Part shown: positions 9,150 through 19,469 of the stretch, in pieces | Layout of the letters: every line of letters starts with the position of its first letter | Position numbering within the stretch: the first letter of the stretch is position 1 | Origin: Clostridia bacterium | GTDB lineage: Bacteria; Bacillota; Clostridia; TANB77; CAG-508 | Assembly: GCA_022792395.1 (NCBI GenBank) | Contig: JAAWAX010000046.1 | Span: 4,513 to 68,512 of the forward strand | Direction of reading: 5' to 3' | Length of the DNA stretch: 64,000 nucleotides | Notes under the pieces: model-generated | Databases searched by the model: none | Told to the model about the DNA's origin: nothing | The model's input: the letters and a program-made list of their open reading frames with translations, nothing else | Made by a program: the position numbers and the translations under genes

Positions 9150-9686
9150 TCAGATTCTAATAATTAACAAACTTAAGAATACATAAGCATAACGAAAAGC
9201 TTGTTTTCGAAATAGATGAGATTGAAAGACATCAAAAGATTCAGATAAGGCACAGTATTTATCAACTAATGTTAAGACAAATCCTTCGATTGATTTTGGG
9301 AATTCAATGGTAACTGGCCACATGTGTTTTATGATAATATCTTTTTCTTTTTCATTTAAATCAAATAATTTGCAGGCATTTTCACAAGCTTTTTTACCAT
9401 GGGTAAAGGCATGTAATCCTTTTCTATCTGGTTGTCTTACTCTCCAATCATATAAGAACAAATCATGTAGCATCGCAGCTCTTGTGGCAGAAAGATAATC
9501 TAAATGATACTTTTTACAAATTAAGTAACAGTAATAGGCTGCTGTATAGCAATGATCAAAACAAGTTGTTTCGTAGTGTTGTCTATAGTTTTTCATTTGT
9601 TGAACGGTTTCATTATTAATTAATTCTTTTATAATCATTTGAAATTCTTCATCTTTATTCGATAATTCTTTCATAAATGGTTTCAT
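9150..9686 (-). CDS. HD-domain phosphohydrolase (YueE/YqeK-like)
   Basis: H...HD metal-binding pattern (HCYTAAYY ... MLHDLFLYDW ... HAFTHG). Length 178 aa. Confidence 0.6.
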   Translation of the reverse strand: MKPFMKELSNKDEEFQMIIKELINNETVQQMKNYRQHYETTCFDHCYTAAYYCYLICKKYHLDYLSATRAAMLHDLFLYDWRVRQPDRKGLHAFTHGKKACENACKLFDLNEKEKDIIIKHMWPVTIEFPKSIEGFVLTLVDKYCALSESFDVFQSHLFRKQAFRYAYVFLSLLIIRI

Positions 9687-9774
9687 GTATATCCCTCTTA
9701 TTTTCCTATGTACTTCAAAATTAATTATAGCATAGAAGAAACAAATAATGCAAATTTCTACAAAAAATTAAGAA

Positions 9775-10764
9775 TTATTTAATAAGTTTTTCTAATATTT
9801 GGATGGCATTAGTTGCAGCACCTTTTCTCAAGTTATCAGCTACAACCCACAAATTCAAGCCATTTTTAATACTAAAGTCACGGCGAATTCTTCCTACAAA
9901 AACTTCATCATTTCCATTGGATTTACTAGCTAATGGATAATAATTTTTTTCAGGATTGTCTACTACAACAATTCCTGGAGAATTTTCTAATAATAAACGA
10001 ATATCATAAATATCAAATTCTTTTTCTAGTTCTATATTGATAGATTCTCCATGGCAGTTTACAATAGGAACTCTAACCGCGGTTGCTGTGATTGGTAAAT
10101 TAGGATGATGTAATATTTTTCTGGTTTCTTCTATCATTTTGTATTCTTCCTTGGTATAACCATGCTCCATAAAAACATCAATATGAGGAATACAATTATT
10201 ATAAATAGGACAAGGGAATTTTTGTAGATGATTTTCATCTGCTCTATTTTCTAAATCTTCTATTCCCAATCGACCAGCTCCTGAAACAGCTTGGTAAGTA
10301 GAATATACAATTCTTTTGATAGAGTATTTTTGATCAATTGCTTTTAAAGGAAGCATAGCTTGTATGGTAGAACAATTTGGATTGCTAATAATTCCATTAT
10401 GTGATAACAAATCTTCTGGATTGACTTCTGGAACAACAAGAGGTACATCTTTATGCATACGAAAAACACTACTATTATCAATTACAATACATCCTTTCTG
10501 AACAGCGATAGGGATATATTTTTCGGAAACACTACTACCAGCACAAAAGATAGCATAATCAAAATGAGAGTCAAAAGATGTTTCATTCAATTCACAAATA
10601 ATGTAATCTTGGTTTAAAAATCGAATTCTAGAGCCTGCAGATTTGGCAGAAGAAAATAGGGTATAAGTGATGTGAGGTAAATTTTTTTCTTCTAAAACTT
10701 TTAAAACAGTTCTTCCGACTAATCCTGTGGCTCCAACGATGGCAACTCTATAATTAGTTGACAT
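9775..10764 (-). CDS. asd: aspartate-semialdehyde dehydrogenase
   Basis: N-terminal VAIVGATGLVG Rossmann motif, active-site context SNPNCSTIQ, 329 aa. Confidence 0.85.
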   Translation of the reverse strand: MSTNYRVAIVGATGLVGRTVLKVLEEKNLPHITYTLFSSAKSAGSRIRFLNQDYIICELNETSFDSHFDYAIFCAGSSVSEKYIPIAVQKGCIVIDNSSVFRMHKDVPLVVPEVNPEDLLSHNGIISNPNCSTIQAMLPLKAIDQKYSIKRIVYSTYQAVSGAGRLGIEDLENRADENHLQKFPCPIYNNCIPHIDVFMEHGYTKEEYKMIEETRKILHHPNLPITATAVRVPIVNCHGESINIELEKEFDIYDIRLLLENSPGIVVVDNPEKNYYPLASKSNGNDEVFVGRIRRDFSIKNGLNLWVVADNLRKGAATNAIQILEKLIK

Positions 10765-10923
10765 GAAAAGACCTCCTTATTTTAATACTATTATAAAATA
10801 TGCAAAATGAATTTGATTGCTACTTTTAAATGTGATAAAATGGTTTTGATGGTAAAATATAAAGAAGTTTAAGAAAAATAGAACCAAAAAATTCTTAAAA
10901 AACAATTAAATTTTGAAAAAACA

Positions 10924-10952
10924 TTGCATAAAATTAACAATAATAGTATAAT
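10924..10952 (+). promoter_or_regulatory. sigma-A-type promoter (TTGCAT-17-TATAAT) with an approximately 160-nt leader upstream of the GT2 synthase
   Basis: Near-consensus -35/-10 hexamers with 17-bp spacing. The leader contains the hairpin AGTGCTAAATAGCACT. Confidence 0.5.
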
Positions 10953-11111
10953 AAGAAATGAAGCATAATAAAATTAAATAAACAACAATAAAACGGACTA
11001 ACAAATTCTAAATACAAAGTTATTAAGAATTTGTAACGTTGGCATAATTTATTTCTATGTCAAGTGCTAAATAGCACTTTCCTAGAACTAAAATAAAAGA
11101 GAGGTAAAAAA

Positions 11112-12380
11112 ATGGATTATTTATACATACTACGAGAAGCACTTGTATGGGTAATAACCATATTTTGGTTATATCAAATCATGGTAAGTTTATGCTCATT
11201 AGTAAAAATTAAAGACAAACCATTAAAGGTAAACAAAGACCATAGATTCATGGCAATCATACCAGCACATAATGAAGAAGCTGTAGTGGGGAATTTAGTA
11301 GAAAGTTTAAAAAAGCAAAATTATAATAAAGAATTATATGATATCTATGTAATAGCAGACAATTGTACCGATGGCACAGCAAAAGTAGCAAAAGAAGCAG
11401 GAGCCATTGTATATGAAAGATTTAATAATACACAAAAAACAAAAGGATTTGCTTTAGACTGGTTCTTACAACAAAAAATCGAAGAAGAAGCTCCTTATGA
11501 TGCCTTTTTTGTATTTGATGCTGATAACATTGTAGATTCAAACTTCATTAAAAACATGAATAAAAAACTATGCCAAGGAGAAGATGTTGTACAAGGATAT
11601 AGAGATATCAAAAATCCAACCGATAGTTGGATAACTGCAGGATATGCTATTTTCTATTGGACAATGCATAGATTTTATCATTTGGCAAGATACAATTTAG
11701 GATTATCACCATTATTAAATGGAACAGGGTTTATGGTAAGATTTGATGTCGTTAAACCAGAAGGAGGACTAAAAACAGTCACTTTAACAGAGGACATTGA
11801 GTTTTCATTAAAAAGAATCATAAAAGGAAGAAAATTAGGATGGGCAACAGATGCTATTTGTTATGATGAACAACCAGTAGATTTTAAACAAAGTTGGTCA
11901 CAAAGAAGTAGATGGACAGTAGGTCACATGCAATGTATCAAAGAATATACGAAACAATTAGTAGTAGCTGCTAAAGAAAAGAAAACGATGATGAATTTTG
12001 ATGGTTTCCTATATATTGTAGGAAGTATACCAATATTTATTATTACATTAGTATTATTAGGAACAAATTTCTTGATGTATGCTGCTAATGGAATGACAGA
12101 AATGGAACTAGTTATCAATATTTTAAGATATTTAGTACCAACCTTTTTCTTACCGATTGGAACAGCAATTATTGTAATGCTATTAGATAGAAGACCAATT
12201 ACACCAATGTTAAAAGGATTAGCATGTTATCCATTATTTATGGGATCTTGGTTATTAATCAACTTTAAGTGTTTATTTAAAAGAGAAACGACATGGGAAA
12301 AAATCGAACATGTTAGAAACATCAAAATTGGTGAAACAGAAAAAACAGAAGAAACCGTAGAAATTTTAGAAAAAGTTTAA
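11112..12380 (+). CDS. processive family-2 glycosyltransferase, PgaC/IcaA-like membrane synthase
   Basis: N- and C-terminal TM segments. DxD (FDADN), YVIADNCTDG and the processive-GT2 Q-x-x-R-W motif (QRSRW). Confidence 0.7.
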   Translation: MDYLYILREALVWVITIFWLYQIMVSLCSLVKIKDKPLKVNKDHRFMAIIPAHNEEAVVGNLVESLKKQNYNKELYDIYVIADNCTDGTAKVAKEAGAIVYERFNNTQKTKGFALDWFLQQKIEEEAPYDAFFVFDADNIVDSNFIKNMNKKLCQGEDVVQGYRDIKNPTDSWITAGYAIFYWTMHRFYHLARYNLGLSPLLNGTGFMVRFDVVKPEGGLKTVTLTEDIEFSLKRIIKGRKLGWATDAICYDEQPVDFKQSWSQRSRWTVGHMQCIKEYTKQLVVAAKEKKTMMNFDGFLYIVGSIPIFIITLVLLGTNFLMYAANGMTEMELVINILRYLVPTFFLPIGTAIIVMLLDRRPITPMLKGLACYPLFMGSWLLINFKCLFKRETTWEKIEHVRNIKIGETEKTEETVEILEKV

Positions 12381-12397
12381 AAAAATATAAAAAATGC

Positions 12398-12426
12398 TTG
12401 CATTTCTGCCAAAAATTGGGTATAAT
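12398..12426 (+). promoter_or_regulatory. promoter of the rimP-nusA-infB operon (TTGCAT-17-TATAAT)
   Basis: Consensus hexamers with a 17-bp spacer. A structured leader of about 190 nt follows, with hairpins at about 12450-12476. Confidence 0.6.
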
Positions 12427-12616
12427 AATGCAAGAAACATAAATACAGCAAGAGTGGGAACGAATCCCACTCTTAACTTTTGAAAAAAAACGAATTTAAG
12501 AATTTTTAAGCGATGGCAATCGCAAAGAAATTCTAGAAATTCCCATATTTATCTTGTACAGAAAGTCCTCCTACTAGGAGAACTTTCCTACAATATAAAA
12601 ATAAAGGAGGAAAATT

Positions 12617-13075
12617 TTGGCAAGTATAGAAGAAAGAGTAGAAACATTACTGAAAGGTACCATTGAAAAAATAGGTTATGACTTATATGATGTAGAATAT
12701 GCCAAAGAAGGAAAAAATTATTTCTTAAGAATATTCATTGATAAGCCAGAAGGAATTGACTTGACAGATTGTGAAAAAGTAAATGATGCGATTAATGATT
12801 TACTAGATGAAGCAGATTATATAAAAGAACAATATTTTCTGGAAGTATCATCTCCAGGAATCGAAAGGATTCTAAAAAAAGATAAACATTTAGAACAAAA
12901 TATAGGAAAAGAAGTTCAAATCAAGTTATTTCAAAAAGATGAAAAAGGAAAAAAAGAACAACAAGGAATTTTAGAAGAATATACAGAACAAACCATAACG
13001 ATACAAAATGAAGTAGATAAAATAGAAATAGAACGTAAAAATGTAGCGCAAATAAAAACGGTATATCATTGGTAA
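12617..13075 (+). CDS. rimP: ribosome maturation factor RimP
   Basis: TTG start after AAAGGAGG. MASIEERVETLLKG ... is typical RimP/YlxS, in conserved position upstream of nusA. Confidence 0.8.
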   Translation: MASIEERVETLLKGTIEKIGYDLYDVEYAKEGKNYFLRIFIDKPEGIDLTDCEKVNDAINDLLDEADYIKEQYFLEVSSPGIERILKKDKHLEQNIGKEVQIKLFQKDEKGKKEQQGILEEYTEQTITIQNEVDKIEIERKNVAQIKTVYHW

Positions 13076-13094
13076 AAGGGAGGAATTGGAAAAA

Positions 13095-14216
13095 ATGAAG
13101 AAGGAAGCGATTAATAACAAAGAATTAATATTAGCATTGGAGGAATTAGAAAAAGAAAAAGGGATAAAAAAAGACTATTTATTAGAATCAATTGAAACGG
13201 CATTAGTAACAGCATATAAAAGAAATTTTGATTCTCTTGAAAATGTAAAAGTACAAATGGATCAAAAGACAGGAGCAACCCATGTATATGCTTTAAAAGA
13301 AGTAGTAAAAAGGGTTATGGACAAAGAAACACAAATTAATATTAAAGAAGCACAAAAAATAAATCCAGATTTTAAAGAAGGCGATATGGTTGAAATGGAA
13401 ATTGTACCAAGAGATTTTGGTAGAATTGCAGCTCAAACAGCAAAGCAAGTTATTATACAAAAATTAAGAGAGGCAGAAAGAGAAGTTATTTATACAGAAT
13501 TTAATGATAGAAAAGGTGAAATTGTTTCTGGTTTAGTGCAAAAAGCGGATCATAATATTGTGATAATGGATTTAGGGAAATTAGAAGGAGTAATGCCTTC
13601 GAAAGAACAAATTCCTACAGAACACTATCATGTAAATGATAAAATAAAAGGATATGTAGTAGATGTAGAAAAAGGAGCCAAAGGAGCACCACAAGTAATT
13701 GTATCAAGAAGTCATCCAGATTTTGTAAGAAAATTATTAGAATTTGAAATACCAGAAATTTATGAGGGAGTAATTGAAATTAAAAGTGTTTCAAGAGATG
13801 CAGGATATAGAAGTAAAGTAGCTGTCTATTCACCAGATCCAAACATTGATCCAGTTGGTTCTTGTGTAGGACAAAAAGGTGTTAGAATTCAAAATGTAAT
13901 TAATGAACTAAATGGAGAAAAAATTGATGTAATTGAATGGAATGAAGACCCATCTATTTATATTGCATCTAGCTTATTACCAGCACAAATTTTAGCAGTT
14001 GACATCAAAGAAGAAGAAAGATTTGCACAAGTAATTGTTCCAGATGATCAATTGTCATTAGCGATTGGAAAATCAGGTCAAAATGCAAGATTAGCAGCAA
14101 GACTAACCAATTGGAAAATAGATATTAAATCAGAAACACAATTTAGGGAAATGTTAATGAATTCACAAAATGAAGAAGAACAAGTAAGCGAAGAGATAGA
14201 ACCAGAAGCAGAATAA
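13095..14216 (+). CDS. nusA: transcription termination/antitermination factor NusA
   Basis: S1 and KH domains, acidic C-terminus. ATG at 13095 preferred over TTG at 13086 on RBS spacing. Confidence 0.9.
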   Translation: MKKEAINNKELILALEELEKEKGIKKDYLLESIETALVTAYKRNFDSLENVKVQMDQKTGATHVYALKEVVKRVMDKETQINIKEAQKINPDFKEGDMVEMEIVPRDFGRIAAQTAKQVIIQKLREAEREVIYTEFNDRKGEIVSGLVQKADHNIVIMDLGKLEGVMPSKEQIPTEHYHVNDKIKGYVVDVEKGAKGAPQVIVSRSHPDFVRKLLEFEIPEIYEGVIEIKSVSRDAGYRSKVAVYSPDPNIDPVGSCVGQKGVRIQNVINELNGEKIDVIEWNEDPSIYIASSLLPAQILAVDIKEEERFAQVIVPDDQLSLAIGKSGQNARLAARLTNWKIDIKSETQFREMLMNSQNEEEQVSEEIEPEAE

Positions 14217-14299
14217 AAAACAAAGATAAACATACAATGAAAAGAGGACAACATTAAAAATAACCATTCTTTAAAGAAATCGCAAAGAAAGGAAGAAAC

Positions 14300-14560
14300 A
14301 TGAAAAGTCAACCACAAAGAACATGTATGGGATGTAATAGTAAAAAGGATAAAAAAGAATTGATTCGAATTGTAAAAAATAAAGAAGGAAAGATTAGTAT
14401 AGATAAAACGGGAAAACAAGAAGGAAGAGGAGCTTATCTATGTGATAATAGACAATGTTTAGAAAAAGTAATTAAATCCAAAAGACTAGAAAGAGTATTA
14501 GATACAAAAATATCAGAAGAAATATATGAAGATTTAAGAGGTGTCATTCTTGAGCAATAA
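14300..14560 (+). CDS. ylxR: YlxR/DUF448 family RNA-binding protein
   Basis: QRTCMGCNSKKDKKELIRIV signature. Conserved position between nusA and infB. Confidence 0.8.
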   Translation: MKSQPQRTCMGCNSKKDKKELIRIVKNKEGKISIDKTGKQEGRGAYLCDNRQCLEKVIKSKRLERVLDTKISEEIYEDLRGVILEQ

Positions 14561-14870
14561 GAAAATATTAGGTTTAATAGGGTTAGCAGCTAGAGCAAGA
14601 AAAATCTATTTTGGAGCCGATAGTGTAGAGCTAGCGATAAAAAAGAAAAAAGTTCAATTGGTAATAATAGCAATTGATGCATCTGATAGAACGAAAGATA
14701 AATTTAAGAAGATATGTGAAGAACAAAAAATACCAATTATGATAGAGGGGGAAATAGTAATTTTAAGCAAAGCAATTGGAAAGTCCAATAAAGCAATTAT
14801 TGGAGTAGAAGATATTAATTTAGCAAAGGAAATACAGAAAATAAAAAATGGGGGTGAACTTATTGGGTAA
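14541..14870 (+). CDS. ylxQ: L7Ae/L30e-family ribosomal-protein-like protein (YlxQ)
   Basis: About 100-aa K-turn-binding-like protein immediately upstream of infB. The start codon (GTG or TTG) is uncertain. Confidence 0.65.
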   Translation: MSFLSNKKILGLIGLAARARKIYFGADSVELAIKKKKVQLVIIAIDASDRTKDKFKKICEEQKIPIMIEGEIVILSKAIGKSNKAIIGVEDINLAKEIQKIKNGGELIG

Positions 14871-17811
14871 GGTAAAAATACATGAAATAGCAAAAAAAAT
14901 AGGCTTAGCCAGTAAAGAAGTGTTAGATGTGGCAAACAAACTAAAAATTGAAGTAAAAAGTCATATGAGTGGAGTGAGCGAAGAAGAAGCTGAACAAATA
15001 GAAAAAAAATTAAAACAAAAAGAAGAAAATAAAAAAGAAGAGAAGAAAAAAGATAAGGAAAAAGATGTGAAAAAAGAAGAAAAAGCACCAGTTATTATTA
15101 GAAGAGAAGTTATTATAGCAGAAGAGAATGAACCAGAAAAGAAAAAAGAAGAAGTAAAAAAAGAAGAAAAGAAAAACAATGTTGGTTTTGTAGAAAGAAA
15201 ACAAAACAAAGATTATAATATTGTTTATCGTAATAAACCCAATAAGCCAATGACAGTAAGCGAGTTATTTGGTCTTAAAAAAGATACGCCAAAACCAGTA
15301 GAACCAGAAGAAAAAGTAGAAGAAAAAATAGAGGTAGTAGAAGAACCAAAAGAACAACCAAAAGAACCAGTAAAAGAAGAGACAATAAAAGAAGTTGCAC
15401 CAAAAATGAATAAGCCAGAACCTCAAACTAATAATACACCACAAAGACAAAGAAATTTCAACAACCAAAATAGAGATAGCAGAAATAATAACTATAACAA
15501 TAATGGAAATTATAATAATTATAATAACAACAGAAATAGAAATCAAAATAGCCAAAACAATAATAATTTTAGGAACAATAATTTTAATAGAAACCATAAT
15601 AATAATGACAATAGAGGAAATAATAATCATTATAATAACAACAATAATGGCAATAATAATCGATTTAACAATAATAGAAATAATGGTGGTGGAGATCGAT
15701 TTGGAAAAAGACCATTAGATGAAAAGGGAATTGAGAAAAACATTAAAAATATCATGGCAGTAGAGACAACTGAAAAAGAAAGTGTAAGAGAATATAACAG
15801 AGGGCAAGACAAACAAAGAAATAATAATAAATTTGATGAAAATAAAAATAAGAAAAATAAGACAAGAAGAAATAATACAGAAAATAATTTTGATGAGGGA
15901 AAATTAAAAACACTAAAACAAGCCAATCGATTATCCAATATGTTTGATGAACAAGATGGAGGAATGCTTGATTATTACGATTTAACAACAGAACGTGGAA
16001 GAAGAGGAAAGAAAAGAAATAACAAGAATCAAGAAGAGAGAGTAAAACAAAAAATCTTCCAATTAACAGAAATTGAAATTCCAGAAAATGTAACGGTAAA
16101 AGATTTTGCGGCTGAAATGAAGAAGACAACAGCAGAAGTAATCAAAAAGTTATTAGGTTATGGTATTATGGCTACCATTAATAATGAGGTGGATTTTGAT
16201 ACCGCTTACCTAATTGCACAGGAATTTGGAATTAATGCCGTTAAGAAAGAAACTGTAACAGAAGAAGATATCTTGTTTGATGATTCAGAAGATAGAGAAG
16301 AAGATTTAACAACAAGACCACCAGTTATTGTTGTAATGGGTCATGTAGATCATGGAAAAACATCATTATTAGATGCCGTTAGAAAAACCAATGTAATAGA
16401 AGGAGAAGCAGGAGGAATTACACAAGCAATTGGTGCCTATAAAGTAAAAGTAAAAGACAGAGAAATAACTTTTTTAGATACACCAGGACATGAAGCATTT
16501 ACTGCGATGAGAGCAAGAGGGGCACAAGTAACCGATATTGCTATTTTAGTGGTGGCTGCTAATGATGGAGTAAAACCACAAACGATAGAAGCAATTAACC
16601 ATGCCAAATCAGCAGAAATTCCAATCATTGTAGCAGTTAACAAAATGGACTTACCAGACGCTAATATTGATAAAGTAAAACAAGAATTGATGGCATATGA
16701 ATTAGTACCAGAAGAATGGGGAGGAGATACTATTTATGTACCAATTTCTGCTAAGAAAAACGAAAATATTGATCAATTATTAGAAATGGTATTGCTAGAA
16801 GCAGATGTTTTAGAGTTAAAAGCAAATCCTAATAAACAAGCCAAAGGAACTGTAATAGAAGCTAGATTAGATAAATCAAAAGGTGCAATTGCTACAATGT
16901 TAGTACAAAGAGGAACTTTAGATGTAGGAGACACCATTGTAGTAGGTTCATCCATTGGTAGAATAAGAGCTATGAAAGATGATAAAGGCAAAGTAGTAAA
17001 AGCTGCTGGACCTTCTACACCAGTAGAAATTATGGGATTAACAGAAGTACCATCAGCAGGAGATACTTTCTATGAAGTAAAAAATGAAAAAATGGCAAAA
17101 CATTTAATTGAAAAGAGAAAACATCAAGAAAGAGAAAAAGCAATCAATGAAACAACAAAAGTAACATTAGATAACTTGTTTAGTCAGATGGAAGAAGGAA
17201 AGCTAAAAGTATTAAATCTAATTGTAAAAGCAGATGTACAAGGGTCAGTAGAAGCGGTAAAACAATCATTAGAAAAATTAGCCAATGAAGAAGTTAGAGT
17301 AAAGGTTATTCATGCAGCAGCAGGAGCAGTTAATCAATCTGATGTTACACTTGCTAAAGTGTCAAATGCTATTATTATTGCGTTTAATGTAAGACCAGAC
17401 AATATGGCAAAAGAATTAGCAGAAAAAGATGAAGTAGAAATTAAGCAATATTCTATCATTTACCAAGCAATTGAAGATGTAGAAGCTGCTATGAAGGGTA
17501 TGTTAGATCCAGAATTTGAAGAAAAAGTAATAGGAAATGTAGAAGTAAGACAAACTTTCAAAATATCAAATGTTGGAACAATTGCGGGAAGCTATGTATT
17601 AAGCGGAAAGGTAGAAAGAAATGCTGGAGTAAGAGTGATTCGTGAAAATGTTGTAATTCATGATGGCCATTTAGCAACTTTGAAGAGATTTAAGGATGAG
17701 GTTAAGGAAGTTGGGAAAGGATTTGAGTGTGGTATTCAAATTGAAGATTACAACGATATTAAAGAAGGCGATATGATTGAGGTCTATATTATGGAAGAAA
17801 TCAAAAGATAG
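14848..17811 (+). CDS. infB: translation initiation factor IF-2, with an unusual Asn-rich low-complexity insert
   Basis: GTPase motifs [17 protein letters not shown] and NKMD. C-terminal domains conserved. The N-terminal region holds about 90 aa of poly-Asn ([16 protein letters not shown] ...). Confidence 0.9.
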   Translation: MGVNLLGKVKIHEIAKKIGLASKEVLDVANKLKIEVKSHMSGVSEEEAEQIEKKLKQKEENKKEEKKKDKEKDVKKEEKAPVIIRREVIIAEENEPEKKKEEVKKEEKKNNVGFVERKQNKDYNIVYRNKPNKPMTVSELFGLKKDTPKPVEPEEKVEEKIEVVEEPKEQPKEPVKEETIKEVAPKMNKPEPQTNNTPQRQRNFNNQNRDSRNNNYNNNGNYNNYNNNRNRNQNSQNNNNFRNNNFNRNHNNNDNRGNNNHYNNNNNGNNNRFNNNRNNGGGDRFGKRPLDEKGIEKNIKNIMAVETTEKESVREYNRGQDKQRNNNKFDENKNKKNKTRRNNTENNFDEGKLKTLKQANRLSNMFDEQDGGMLDYYDLTTERGRRGKKRNNKNQEERVKQKIFQLTEIEIPENVTVKDFAAEMKKTTAEVIKKLLGYGIMATINNEVDFDTAYLIAQEFGINAVKKETVTEEDILFDDSEDREEDLTTRPPVIVVMGHVDHGKTSLLDAVRKTNVIEGEAGGITQAIGAYKVKVKDREITFLDTPGHEAFTAMRARGAQVTDIAILVVAANDGVKPQTIEAINHAKSAEIPIIVAVNKMDLPDANIDKVKQELMAYELVPEEWGGDTIYVPISAKKNENIDQLLEMVLLEADVLELKANPNKQAKGTVIEARLDKSKGAIATMLVQRGTLDVGDTIVVGSSIGRIRAMKDDKGKVVKAAGPSTPVEIMGLTEVPSAGDTFYEVKNEKMAKHLIEKRKHQEREKAINETTKVTLDNLFSQMEEGKLKVLNLIVKADVQGSVEAVKQSLEKLANEEVRVKVIHAAAGAVNQSDVTLAKVSNAIIIAFNVRPDNMAKELAEKDEVEIKQYSIIYQAIEDVEAAMKGMLDPEFEEKVIGNVEVRQTFKISNVGTIAGSYVLSGKVERNAGVRVIRENVVIHDGHLATLKRFKDEVKEVGKGFECGIQIEDYNDIKEGDMIEVYIMEEIKR

Positions 17812-17828
17812 TAAAAACGAATTAAGTT

Positions 17829-17966
17829 AGCTGTTCGAACGAAAGTGAGTTACAGATAACTTATGCAATCGACCAAAGAGAGATTGTAAACAATAAAAGC
17901 TGTTCGAACGAAAGTGAGTTACAGATAACTTATGCAATCGACCAGAGGGAGATTGTAAACAATGAA
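17829..17966. repeat. 2 x 69-bp direct tandem repeat in the infB-rbfA intergenic region
   Basis: Units 17829-17897 and 17898-17966 are about 95% identical (AGCTGTTCGAACGAAAGTGAGTTACAGATAACTTATGCAATCGACCA ... GATTGTAAACAAT). Confidence 0.85.
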
Positions 17967-17996
17967 AGCATCTGAACGAAGTAGGGAGGAAAGAGA

Positions 17997-18356
17997 ATGC
18001 CAGAAAATCAAGCACGATTAGGTCGTATCGAAGAAGAATATAAAAAGGAACTTAGTCAAATTATTGGTTATGAATTAAAAAATCCAAATGTAACAGGTTT
18101 AATTAGTGTAACCAAGGTAAAAGTTACGAATGATTTAAAATATGCGAAAGTATATGTTAGTATATTAAATTCCAAAAACCAAAAAGAGACATTAGCTGGG
18201 TTAAAAAAATCAGCAGGTTTTATTAGAAGTGAATTAGCGAGAAGAGTTAATTTAAGAAATACACCAGAATTAATCTTTGAATTAGATGATTCTCTAGAGT
18301 ATGGAGCAAAAATTGATACTATATTAAAGGAGATTATGCCTAAAAAAGAGAATTAA
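17997..18356 (+). CDS. rbfA: ribosome-binding factor A
   Basis: 119-aa protein, ARLGRIEEEYKKELSQII ..., KH-like. Conserved position after infB. Confidence 0.85.
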   Translation: MPENQARLGRIEEEYKKELSQIIGYELKNPNVTGLISVTKVKVTNDLKYAKVYVSILNSKNQKETLAGLKKSAGFIRSELARRVNLRNTPELIFELDDSLEYGAKIDTILKEIMPKKEN

Positions 18357-18512
18357 ATTTGAAAAATAATTATCATTTGGCATTGTTGCACTTCATTTTC
18401 AATTTAATCAACGTACCAATGTACACCTCATAAATTGAAAATTTGTGCACATAGCCCAATAACAATTCTTTTACAAATTGAAGAGAAGAAATTTTAGGAG
18501 AAAGGAAAGAGA

Positions 18513-19469
18513 ATGACATTAGATGAAATTTTAGAAGAAATAAAAAATGCTGAAAAAATAGTAATTTTAACACATGAGTCACCAGATGGGGATGCGATTG
18601 GTGGAAGTTTAGCCATGAAGCTTATGGTAGAACAATTAGGAAAAAAAGCAGATGTAATCATTCCAGAATATCCTAGAATGTTTCAATTTTTACCATCAGC
18701 AAAAGAAATAAAAATTGAATCTGAAATGGAAGGAAACTATGATTTGACCATTTCAGTTGATTGTGCTAATTTTAAAAGATTAGCTAAAAATGAATATTTT
18801 GAAAATGCTAAAAAGACCATTGTAATTGATCATCATGGAAGCAATAACATGTATGGAGATTTAAACTATGTCAATCCAGTTTCACCAGCTTGTTGTGAAA
18901 TATTAGCAAGTATGGCAGAGTATTTTAAAATCAACATTTCAAAAGAAATAGGAACTTGCCTTATGACTGGAATTATAACAGATACAGGTGGATTTCGATA
19001 TATGGGAATTACACCAGATACTTTTGAGTATACAGCCCAATTACTTCGATTAGGAGTAGACATTCCAGATATTTATAAAAGAACCATGGGAACGAAAACA
19101 AAAGCTAATTTTGCATTAACCAAAAAAGTGATTGAAAGAATGGAATTATTAGAGGATGGTAAGGTTGCATTTTCTTATATTAGCACGCAAGATGAATTGG
19201 AAGCAAATGCAGAGCCAGGTGACCATGAAGGATTAGTAAATATAGGAAAAGATATTGAAGGTGTTTTAGTTTCTATCTTCATTAGACAAAAAGAGGAGGA
19301 AGAAGCATATAAAGTATCGCTACGTTCAGAAGATGGAATTAATGTGTCTGATATATGTTTGCTGTTTGGTGGAGGAGGTCACGCAAGAGCAGCAGGAGCT
19401 TTAATTCAAGGGAATGTCCAACAAGTAAAAGAAAAATTGATGAAAGAAATAAAAAAATGGATGGAATAA
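18513..19469 (+). CDS. nrnA: DHH/DHHA1 family phosphoesterase, NrnA-like nanoRNase/pAp phosphatase
   Basis: DHH motifs HESPDGDAIG and DHHGSN, DHHA1 GGGGH. Conserved rbfA-nrnA-truB synteny. Confidence 0.8.
   Translation: MTLDEILEEIKNAEKIVILTHESPDGDAIGGSLAMKLMVEQLGKKADVIIPEYPRMFQFLPSAKEIKIESEMEGNYDLTISVDCANFKRLAKNEYFENAKKTIVIDHHGSNNMYGDLNYVNPVSPACCEILASMAEYFKINISKEIGTCLMTGIITDTGGFRYMGITPDTFEYTAQLLRLGVDIPDIYKRTMGTKTKANFALTKKVIERMELLEDGKVAFSYISTQDELEANAEPGDHEGLVNIGKDIEGVLVSIFIRQKEEEEAYKVSLRSEDGINVSDICLLFGGGGHARAAGALIQGNVQQVKEKLMKEIKKWME

Noticed and set aside
14654-15938. Several ORF-track entries antisense to, or out of frame with, the low-complexity part of infB (14654..15088, 14961..15209, 15010..15204, 15265..15630, 15503..15718, 15630..15938, 15752..16129)
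   Set aside because: They lie inside the well-supported infB frame. Their translations are pure low-complexity F/L/I/S runs, produced by the A-rich coding strand. None has an RBS or conserved motif.
17827-18015. 62-aa ORF on the minus strand over the infB-rbfA tandem repeat
   Set aside because: Its internally duplicated peptide simply mirrors the 69-bp DNA tandem repeat. There is no RBS. It is treated as non-coding repeat.
19355-19457. Upstream extension of truB overlapping the end of nrnA
   Set aside because: The ORF-track start lies inside nrnA coding sequence, out of frame. TruB homology begins at MDGIIIINKP (19458).
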